A stretch of 64,000 nt of DNA, from NCBI RefSeq assembly GCF_006345805.1, contig NC_043006.1:3906001-3970000 (forward strand). The letters run 5' to 3'. This document shows, one piece after another, positions 52,956 to 64,000 of this stretch (its first letter is position 1; each line of letters starts with the position of its first letter). Position numbers and translations under genes: made by a program. The DNA is from Octopus sinensis (taxonomy: Eukaryota). The notes beneath the pieces were generated by a model that was given only the letters and a program-made list of their open reading frames with translations, was not told the DNA's origin and made no database searches.

Positions 52956-53806
52956 CGTGGTCTGATCAATAAGTATCCGAACTGCTGCCATAGTAACGAG
53001 GCTAAATCATGCAAATTGAAGTTGCTTGGCGCAGATTGACCTTAAATTTTGTTGTGCATGCGCACTAAGTTTTAACGTTCTAGCGCACTTCCACTGTATA
53101 CAGCAGTGTTTGGAAGGAAGGTGTGTAGCGTGTGATCGTCGTATTGATCATGTCAGAGAAGGTTAAGCATTAAATTTTGCCAAAAGCTTAGTGATTCCTG
53201 CTCAGAGGTCTACGGAAAGTTTTCATCGTTCTCAACACAATCAAGCAGTTTTTGTCCTTTTGGCCAGCAGAAAGCAGTTTTGGTACAAACTTGGCAAACA
53301 CGTATCTCATACCCAAATTTTCAGTGATAATGGATTGAACTAAACCGTAATTAATCTGCACATCCTTTGATAACTCACAGATCGTGATTAGACGACTTCC
53401 CCTCACAGCTGAACACACATCTGCGATGTATTTTTCAGTTCTGCTGGATGCTGGTCTCTCCGAGCGTTCGTCAATATCGACATTTTTTCGGCCATCTCGG
53501 TAACGTCTGAACTACTCGCACACTTGTGTGCGGCTCATACACTCCTCTCCATACACTTTCTGTAACTTTATGTAGGCCTCTGAGCAGGTATTACCATGAC
53601 AAATTCCTCTGTTATGGTCAATGCGACCATCACACGCTACGCACCTTCCTTCGAAGCACTGCTGTAAACAGCGGAAGTGAGCTAGAACGTTAAAACTTAG
53701 TGCGCATGCACAGCAGAGTTCAAAGTCAATCTTTACCAAGCGGCATCGCTCTGCATATTTTAGCTTCGTTACTATGGCAACAGTCCGTATACTTATTGAT
53801 CAGACC
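52956..53806. mobile_element. Non-autonomous mariner made of two inverted left ends
   Basis: TIR ggtctgatcaataagtat at both ends; minus-strand YGEECMSRTQVCE and ITICELSKDVQINYGLVQSIITENLGMRYVFAKFVPKLL; ~265-bp arms homologous. Confidence 0.85.
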
Positions 53807-54162
53807 TAGCATTGCAAATATTTGTAGCGAAGCTTGCTCTTGAATCTATTGATGACGGATAGAAACATATCAAGTACTGAGCGGTGTCACACTCACATCT
53901 CTGCATACATTCCTTACCTTTCCCTCTTCAGCATCCACTACAAAATTTAAATAAAAATATTTGACTCGGTTTGCATATGCGTGTTTGTGTCTCACTGCAT
54001 ATCTGTCTGTCTTTTTATGCACACACACACACACGCACCCACGCACATACATACATACATACATACATTCGTAAAAACTTATTTGCCTGTTCGCGCACAG
54101 ACGTGCACATGCACACACATACACACACACACACACAAACATACACACTGACACTCACACAC

Positions 54163-55477
54163 ACTCCGCATTTTTGGCGGTAGTATGTTTCATCGAATAG
54201 GAAGTAATTGTTTTGTAGGATGAACTTCAGAGATTCAATGACAAAAGACTGGTTTATGCGGTCCGGTAGAACTTCGGAGTATTTTTCTAAACCGAATTTT
54301 ATTGCTTCTATTCCGTAGCCGTGTGGAATGTTATTGTAGAGGTTGATGACATCAAAGGAGACTATTAGCGCCTCTTCGTTGGTTGTTTTTGGTTGAAGCT
54401 CTAGCATGTCCAGACCGTCTCTAATGAAATTTTTAAAGAATTTGTGGAAAGGTTTCAATAGTACGTAAAAGAAAATTGCTTAGATGGTGTATTTCACAGG
54501 CTGGGCCCGCTATAATAGGCCTTAGTTTTAAGTCTTCAGGTGTTGGGACATTTATGTATAAATCTAGATTTGATTGACAGGCATTGGTAATATTTTACTC
54601 TTGTAGATTTGGGGGAGGCCATAGAAAAGGCTTGGTTTGCATTTAAAGTTTGTGATATAATCTTTTTCTTTTTCTGTGAGGCCTCTGCCATGTTTGAGTA
54701 TTAAAGATGCAAGATCTTTTAATGTTTTTTTGTTGAATATAATTTGCGACTTTTTCATAAAAGGAGTCATTTTCTAGTATGGATAATGCTAGGTTTTTAC
54801 TGAATTCTGTGTCCTTTGTCTGCTTCTTTGATTGTCAGGTCTTTGTTGTTTTTAGCTGTAGTAGGTGCTTCCATTTTAGACTGTTGAAGTTTGGCACAAG
54901 TTTTGGTTTATAGAGAGTATGAGGAACATTCTGGATACGGTTGCAGAAGTCGTCTAGTGTTTTATTCCTTCCTTTGGGTGGTAGATAATTATTTTTGTTT
55001 TTCACTATTGATTCGTCATCGTTGTTCTAGTTGGTTAGTGCTTCTGTCAATCGAAGTTTTCTACAGAATCTGCAATATTATCTTTAATATTATCTTTAAT
55101 TTCTACGTGGGGTGGGTGTAAATTTCAAACCTTTAGCTAAAATATGGATTTTTGTTGTGGAATGAGTTTTCTTAGATAAAGTGATTATTTTGGGTTTCTC
55201 CCGTATGTTCTGTTCCAACGTGTGTCCCTGTGTCTCTTTACTCTGTCTAAAAAACGTTGTTCGTTGTAATTAGGTTAGAAGGGGTTCTCAGTGTTAGGGT
55301 TGCTATTGTGGGAGTATTGTTGTGTAGGTGAATTGGTTAGGATTATGTGGTATGGGTGTTTCTGTTGGAATGAGTTGTAGGGGTGTTTAGTCCTGTATGG
55401 GGCGCTGTGAAGTTGTTCTTTTTGTCTGGGTGAGAGAGTTGAAGTTGCGAAGGTTGAATTCCTATGTTGAGGAGTAA
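54163..55477 (-). mobile_element. Penelope-like element, inverted 5' segment (N-terminus to RT)
   Basis: FYGLPQIYKSK; IVSFDVINLYNNIPH; ILQNNYFLFDETYYRQKC. Confidence 0.9.
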
Positions 55478-57590
55478 GTAGAGCATCTACCAAAAACCAC
55501 CAACGAAGAAGGACTGTTTATCTCCTTCGATGTCATCAACCTCTACACTAACATTCCACATGACTACGGAATAGAAGCAATAAAATTCTGGTTAGAAAAA
55601 TACCCCGAAGTTCTACCGGACCGCATAAACCAGCCTTTTGCCACAGAATCTCTGAAGTTCATCCTACAAAAAAATTACTTCCTATTCAATGAAACATAGT
55701 ACCGCCAAAATGCAGTGTTGCGATGGGTACGAAAGCAGCGCCTGTCCTTGCGAACCTAGTAATGGGTTTCTTTGAATCTACCCTGAATGAATTTTCGCCC
55801 CAAAGATTTGGACCCCCATTCCGTCAGTATATAAGAGAAAACTGGAAAAGATACCCAGACGGTTGTTTTATCATCTAGAATGAAACCTATAATAAACTTC
55901 TGGACTTCAAATCTGCACTAAACAATATAAACTTCAATATTCAATTTCAATGGAATATAGCAGTGAACAGCTTCCATTTCTAAACATCTTGATTATAAAC
56001 ATTCCAACAACCAAATTGCAACCAACAGACTCAAAACAGTATCTCCTTTCCATCTCATACCATCCTAATCCCACTGAAACAAATATCCTATTTAATATAG
56101 CAAAAAGGATCTGTACAACTGTATCTGATACAACCACTCGGGAACTTTGCCTACAAGACCTCAAAATAACACTCATTCAACGTCAATATCCATCCGCACT
56201 TATAGACCATGGAATTGAACGTGCCAAAAAATTGGACACAAACACACTAAGGACAGCAAAACACAACACCACACCTCACTTTAAATCACTCTCATACATA
56301 TCAACCCACAACCCCAGAAACAATGAAGCATACAACACAATTGTACAAAATCTCCCTCCACTCACTCAAGACCCCAAAATGAACAACATTCTGAATACAC
56401 ATAAACTCCTAAAAAGCAAAAGACAACACAAATCACTCAAGAGACTCTTAACAATTGTAAAACTGCACTCAACGCATACGACACCAGCAGTTCAAAAATG
56501 CGGATGACCTAATTGTTGTAGATGCCCAAACCTAACTGAAGGCTCGGGATTCACATTCCAGCAAGGAGAAATCTTTTTAATTAAAACCAACTTCACATGT
56601 GCCTCTAAGAACCTGATTTATGTCCTAACCTGCTCAGGCTGTGGCCACAATTATGTGGGCCAACTGAGCCTTACTTTTGAGACGCAGAGTTACGCTACAT
56701 AAAGAACAGATTCGTTTTCCTCAATACATGCAGATGGCTCTGAGCGAAAATATTGACAGATGCGCAAGAAATAAAACACTGAATTTCCATATTTTTCCAT
56801 TACACCAATGCAAAGATTCAATCTCCTTACAAGAACGCCTAAACAAGGAAAATTTGTTTATACTCATGTACAGACCGCACCTTAATATACAAACTTGACC
56901 ACCGGTTCCCTACACAATCCTTAGAAATAAAAATAAAAACTCAAAATGGGAACCTGAATTGTAACACTTTCACTCAATTTATTGGCCAATATACATACAT
57001 ATTTCTTTTGCTTATTTAATTTATATTACATTATATTGTCCAAGGATTTTTCCTTTGTTTATAATAATTCAATATTGACAAAATGAGAAACTAGTATTAT
57101 AAATCGCACACAAATATACAGATAAACATACTTCTAGTTTATATTATGAACTGAAAGAGACTTTTTCTACATTTCAATTTCCATTTCAATTTCCTTTTTC
57201 ACAATTTTCAAAATTGCAATTATTTTTATTTTTTCACATTTCGTGTAGAAATTACCTTTCATATCATATTCAATAATGCTGACGAGGCAGTTGTCCCCCT
57301 TGCCACCTGTTGTCTCCTTTTATCCACTCTCCACACTCATTTTTACTTCTCCAGAAATCCAAAATGGCGTGACGCCCGGTCTCAAGGAATTATCAGTTCA
57401 CAATGTTCCTTGAAAAGCTAATTTGAATATTGAAAACCGGTTGGATATCATTACATTTTATGAGATTTTTGCCATCCATAAAATATGAATATATATTTTT
57501 TTATAAAAAGATATCAAAACTATATGAAATGAAGGCATTTCTCTTCGTCCTTTTTTATATCTTTTCCATATATTTTCACTTCATAATTTT
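55478..57590 (+). mobile_element. Penelope-like element, 3' segment (RT to GIY-YIG + pLTR)
   Basis: ISFDVINLYTNIPH; AMGTKAAPVLANLVMG; RYPDGCF; FSMEYSSEQLPFL; NLIYVLTCSGCGHNYVGQ; HHR-like remnant at 57403-57448. Confidence 0.93.
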
Positions 57591-57679
57591 CCTACGTGGT
57601 GAAAACTGATTCTCCAGCACTTTGCCCCTTTTATATTTCTATGCATGTATAAATGCATATATATCAATATATATATATA

Positions 57680-57718
<39 letters not shown>

Positions 57719-57777
57719 TGTATGTAATCTATATATATGTGTTGTATGTATATATATATATGTGTGTGTATGTGTAT

Positions 57778-57816
<39 letters not shown>

Positions 57817-57865
57817 TATATTTACATATATAATACACACATATCATAATATAATAATATATATA

Positions 57866-57912
<47 letters not shown>

Positions 57913-58090
57913 CTATATATAATATATTATATATATAAACAAGCACTCACATACGCACACACATATAGTATGTATGTATATAAATATGTACCTATCTTTA
58001 TTTTAGAGCTCACCTTAAAAATCCACGTTTCAATTGCATTAACAACACCCACACACACACACACCACGCACACACCACACACATATATAG

Positions 58091-58111
<21 letters not shown>

Positions 58112-58121
<10 letters not shown>

Positions 58122-58248
58122 GGGGGCTGCAAAATCCACTAGGAGGATAGCCATATGCTAGAAGAAGATCACATACAATCACATCGTAAGTGTTCTTCTT
58201 CTAGCATATGGCTATCCAACTAGTGGATTTTGCAGCCCTAAATATACA
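58112..58248. repeat. Short near-perfect hairpin element (~55-bp arms)
   Basis: gggctgcaaaatccactag..ggatagccatatgctagaagaaga / tcttcttctagcatatggctatcc..ctagtggattttgcagccc. Confidence 0.88.
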
Positions 58249-58346
58249 CGTGTATTGAAATTTTTTCAGATTTTTCAGATTTTTTATGTTAGGCTACTGG
58301 TTTTAAATTGATATTAATAAATTAATATTCAATTTATCTCCCTCAT

Positions 58347-58377
<31 letters not shown>

Positions 58378-58476
58378 TATATATATACATACATACATAC
58401 GTACGTACGTACGTACGTACGTATGTATGTATGTATGTATGTATGTTGTATGTATGTATGTATGTATGTATGTATG

Positions 58477-58507
<31 letters not shown>

Positions 58508-58520
58508 GTATGTATGTATG

Positions 58521-58551
<31 letters not shown>

Positions 58552-59174
58552 GTATGTGTGTAGGACATGCACAACATACATCGAGTATAGAATAATCTGA
58601 AACTAACACAGACACCATTTTCTTGTAAGTATGCATTCGTGAAGTTTCCGAACGGAAAAAGGAAGACAAAGATGACGACAGCAGCAGCAGCAGCAGCAGC
58701 CAATCGAGCGGGAGACGAAGGGGAGCGACGGCGGGGGGAGGAGGAGACAGAGTAAGAATGCGACGACTACAACAATGACGACGACGACGCCAAGAAGGGA
58801 CGAGGAGGAGGAGGAGGGGGATGTGTTGTGCAGCATCAATCCCAAAGATGACAACGTATAAGGTCAGCAATGCAGATGGAGAGAGTGGCGGGATATTACA
58901 ATGGCTGCACTTGCAATCGTGCTTGTTGCATCTAATCCATTCTGACTGAGATTGGTTTGGCATTCAAGCTGGCAGGCTGGTCAACCAGTCAGACGACATA
59001 CGTTGGCTAAGAGACGTGTGTGTGTGTGTGTGTGTGCATCTAGGTGTATATGTGTGTAGGTATAATACAAACACACACATATATATATATATATATACAT
59101 ATATATATACATATATATACATACATACATATATGTATATATACATACATGCATGCATATATGTATATATACAT

Positions 59175-59218
<44 letters not shown>

Positions 59219-59694
59219 CATACATACATGTATATATGTATATATACATACATACATGTATATATTGTAAACGGATATTTATATATGTATGTGTATGTAC
59301 GTATATATGTATGTATGTATACATACATATATATATATATACATGTATAAATATATATATAAATGCATATACATACACACTCACAATCACACATGTATTT
59401 ATAGGTAGGCAAATATGATTGTGTAACCCTGTGCGCATGTAAATGTGTGTGTGTATGTACTGTATTGTATGTGTGCGTACACAATATACAAATACAAATC
59501 AAATTGATAGAGGGAGCAGTAAACAAGATACCGTTAGCGTGCTGTCGTGGATAATCTATAATCTAACTAATCCCTTAATCTGGCGGAATTTTTAATACGC
59601 TATTTTTTGGCGGACTGCAAACTTGCTCTGAGCACATCTCTTAGCAAATATATATATACATAGCCCTAGAGTATTGGACATATATTGTGTAAGC

Positions 59695-59771
<77 letters not shown>

Positions 59772-60506
59772 GTGTGTGTGTGCGTGTGTGCGTCTATGAC
59801 TGCATGTATGTATTTCTAAACGTGTGTGTACGTACATACATACATGCATAATGTATACATATACGTATACACGCATGCATACGTAATCAGGGGATGTTGA
59901 GATGTCTCCGCTCTGTGTATTTTCATTACTTATCATATCTTACTTAGTAAGATGTCTTCAGGTCGTGGGACAGTCACGCATGCACAGACGCACATACATG
60001 CAGAGACACGTACACAGAAATGCAGACATTCCGATATAAATACACACACACGAGCACACACACAAACACATATGTAATGTGGATTATGTGTATATACGTT
60101 TATTCAATTGCTTGATTCAAGCGTTCCTCTGTGTATGCGTGTTTGTTGCTTACTTATAAGAAGTTTGGAAAACTTTTTCATTTGCGCACAGGATACATAA
60201 TCGTGTGTGTATGAAGAAGTGAGCACGCGCGCACGCACACACACACACACACTCATGTGTATATAGACATTCATACATAAATACGCACATATATGCGTAT
60301 GCGTCGTCTTGTATTTGTTATCTGGGATTCTTGATGTGAAATCGTCAGTTGAAACAGATGTTCTTACATCTTGGGAGGGTCATTCTAGCGAATAAGAAAC
60401 ACAAACAATGGTTCTGTTTCACTTATCATCATTATTATTATTATTGTTGTTGTTGTTGTTGTTGTTCTTCTTCTTCTTCTTGTTCTTCTTCTTCTTCTTC
60501 TTCTTC

Positions 60507-60552
<46 letters not shown>

Positions 60553-60558
60553 TATTAT

Positions 60559-61012
60559 TGGGTAAGAGAGCAGTGCGTACCATCAAAGTGACACTGGGGT
60601 AAAATATACGAAGCCCAGTATACCCATCATGACTACCTGTCTGACAAGAGTACACCAGGCACATGCATCACAACCATATATGCGTGACATGGTGATCTCA
60701 TATCAAGATAAACAGCGCATGACCTTGCAGGTGGGGCCCAGTTAGAATTTTTTTTCTAGTCGAGTAACCCATACCGCTCAAAAGGTCCCTGAATAAGGGC
60801 TGTTTAAGGATGTTGAACGAAACACCCATGTTTCCAGAGGTGAATTAATCAAACCGCAAAGAATCCTTCTTAACACATGGCTATGATGCTCCCCCACTAC
60901 TTCTGCTCGTGATCAGAGATGCACGTATTATCAGGCACTAAGGGACATGCTCAACTGTGCTATTGAGCAGAATATTTGCTGTAGCCCATCTTTTATACCA
61001 AGACAAAACAAT
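60559..61012 (-). mobile_element. ~480-bp (TAA)-anchored repeat, copy 3
   Basis: Reverse complement of 4482-4957; abuts (TTA)n at the same element end. Confidence 0.85.
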
Positions 61013-61088
61013 GTACATGATAACACTTCCAATCAGTTAAGATCAGAAGACTTAAGAGCCACTACCTGGTACTGCATCAGGGCATTTA

Positions 61089-61183
<95 letters not shown>

Positions 61184-61934
61184 TGTCAACTAGTTACGTA
61201 GAACAGGACAAACTTAGAGTAACGAGGGCACGTCATTGTTAAGATCACGAATATCACACAGAATCATTGAACGATTAATCAACAAATTTATGCGTTAATT
61301 GGTTACAACGAAGCGAAACCCAAACAGTGTATGTGTTCTTTATTGACGAAACAAGCTCCTCGGAGGTATCACACGCTCACACACACACACATACACACAC
61401 GCACATACACACACAAACATACACACACAAACATACACACACAAACATACACACAACACCTAACGTACGTACATTCATACATACATACATACACACACGT
61501 AGATATATGCATATATACACATATACATATTCTTTTACTCTTTTACTTGTTTCATTCATTTGAATGCAGCCATACTGGAGCACCACCTTGAATTGCTTTA
61601 GTCGTAGAATTCGACTTCAGGACTTTTTAAAGCCTGGTACTTATTCTATCGGTCTCCTATATATATATATATATATGTATATATATGTATATGTATATAC
61701 GTATAAAATATACAGCGTGTCGATTCATAAATTTACAATTTGAACTGTGTGGAAGTGTGAAAGTTTTCTCTCTCTCTCTCTTTCTCTCCTTCTCTGAGGT
61801 CTCTACCCCACAACCCACCCAGGAATAGTGGGTGAAGAAGATGGATGGATGGATGGATGGACGGACGGACGGACGGACGGACGGACGGACGAACGGACGG
61901 ACGGACGGACGGACGGACGGATGGAGGTACGTTT

Positions 61935-63420
61935 AGAATATCAGTTATAACATCTGTAAGTCTGTGATAAATTAGGACAAACTTTCGATGGCATTTCTTG
62001 CGATGTCTTGATGATCGTTTTCCAAAATCTCTAACCTCAGAGTCATTTCGATGCTGATCACTTCCCATCTGAAGCAAAATTTCCTATAAACTTGGACGAT
62101 TATGCACTTCTGTTAAGAGTGCCGTTCACGTTTGCGGAAAGCTAAAGTTTTGGCACTTATTGAAGCGTCTTATTATTCAGTTCTTTAGTAGGTGTACACT
62201 TTAGAATTGGCTGAGTTTGTCTAAAATCCCTGAAAATTGGCTTCGTTTATGATGTTAGTGTTAACTCAAAGATCTTGTAAGGTACAATCGAATGCCTTAT
62301 ACTGTTAACTTGGCATGTTTCAGAACCTCTGCCTTTCCAAATTCTGTGCCAATATTTCATACAGGACTCACATTGTATGCAAGGCTGAATGACAGTTTGA
62401 AAAAGATAATCATGTTTGAACAGTGCCATTGAATGTTAGCAAAAATGTAGCAATTCTAGATGAGACCAGACCACTGCAATAACAATATGGTTGTGTGAAC
62501 AAACATTTACCAAAATTAAGGTTTATCAAAAAGCTTAGCCTGTTCAAACAGGAAAATGAAAGAAAACTATTTCTCCTCAGACATCGCAAATCATTTGATA
62601 ATTGTGTTAACTTATTTCAATTTATCGTTGGTCATACTCTTCCAGCTGTTGAATGTCACAGCTGGTTGCCTGAAAAAACGTCTCGACTGAGAGCTGCAGC
62701 TACAGTCTGTATTGCAGTAGACCGCCCATATTGTTCAAGTTCGTTGCCAGCCATGGCACGTATTGTCTGCAATGAAAACTCAAAAGTGCGGGGGTACACG
62801 GTACAGATTGGTTCTAACAATTCACTGGATCTGTTGTGAATGTAACTAGGGGTTATTGTATCCCACCTTACCTTTCTTTAGAGTAAGTGAACTAGTTTTT
62901 CGTTTGTTTTCTGGGGGTTTTTTCTCTCTCATTATAGCCACGTGTGATATCTTAACACTTGATCGTAAAGAAGATTTCTAGCAAAGCATCATCTTTGCAC
63001 AATTCAAAAACTACAACTAAAACAGTCGTAAATGTGTTTGATCTGCATTTTCAGTATTTTCGTTTCTTACGTGGAGTAAACTCTTTCGCCATTCGCTAAA
63101 TGGACCGCCAGATATGAAACACCTAGGAGGAGAAAATTCAGAATACGCCAAGCTGCCTCATTACTGCTGGAATAAAAAAACTCATCTTTTATGCTAATAG
63201 CACATAATGTCTGGCTTCCTTGCGCAGCAGTTCAACTCCGGCTTGGTTAATGTTTTTGCCGATGTACCACTTGATATACTTGGTAGATTAGACAGAAGAC
63301 AGGCTTTGGAACTTGCATAACTGTTGAAGACGTGAAAATGGAGAGAGGTGAAGGTTGATGTACCGTTAGATGTATTTGGTAGTTTAGACAGCGTGACAGG
63401 CTCTAGCATTTGTAAGAACG
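61935..63420 (-). mobile_element. Possible decayed hAT (Charlie/Buster-like) transposase
   Basis: Frameshifted FWK..IARNAIE.L..FIT-TYRC resembles the hAT dimerisation motif FW....YP.IA..A..L..F.TTY.CE; upstream extent uncertain. Confidence 0.45.
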
Positions 63421-64000
63421 TTGAAAATGCGCAAAGATTTCTTCCTACATGCTGTCAATGATAATGGCGTCGAGTTGTATTCTGAAAGAGGTAGTGTAAG
63501 CTCTATCACTTAAGTTTATTTTCATGTACAATGGACAACCACCGTGATATGTCTGACTTGCTGAAAAGAGCTAGGATATTTCTGTGTATATTTTCTTGCT
63601 TTCATGCAAGAAGAAATGAGTGTTGAAATGACAGCGGGGACCCGGGGTCATGTGCTTCGGCACCGATTTATGCAACAGTTTGGTTTTGATTTGAAACCGA
63701 TGATGTAATCTAATCGGCTTACTCAAATCTTATCTGTAAGTCAGGATCAAAAACGGATACGGTGCAATCCAGATTTCTACTTTTGAATGGAGTAGATGTA
63801 ACACGACTATTTGCAATTGCCAAAGACAGTATCTTTCATGGTGAGACTCATTCTTGAAATGACCTTCTGTGCAACACTCTCGTGGAGAAATCATGTTCGT
63901 ATTGGCCCATCTGACTAAACATAAGTTCTTCAGTAATTTCTGGACATTTACGATTTCAGCTGAGAGTGAGAATTAAATCAGGTCTGCCATAGATACAACA

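Noticed and set aside
57279-57305. Additional HHR (CTGACGA GGCA..TGCC)
   Set aside because: Core 5' half and helix II are present, but there is no GAAA or helix I partner

Overview
This is repeat-dense, AT-rich eukaryotic DNA. The SINE and microsatellite make-up suggests a coleoid cephalopod, most likely Octopus (inference). No intact host gene can be supported. Nearly all long ORFs in the track are microsatellite translations or decayed transposon ORFs. Identifiable elements include three R4/Dong-clade non-LTR fragments ending in (TAA)n, a Tx1-type L1 in a (GATA)n tract, an RTE LINE, Penelope-like elements (PLEs; two with RT plus GIY-YIG), several Tc1/mariner derivatives, a decayed hAT, MITEs, many tRNA-derived SINEs and long palindromes. 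The most interesting signal is non-coding: about 13 minimal type-I hammerhead ribozyme (HHR)-like motifs, found by eye, from at least five unrelated repeat families. They have palindromic helix III (dimer-type), show C3:G8, G3:C8, U3:A8 and U3-G8 versions of the core tertiary pair, and recur inside fold-back (inverted-repeat) elements. All coordinates and alignments are manual and approximate. Homopolymer runs and irregular microsatellites suggest long-read assembly noise.
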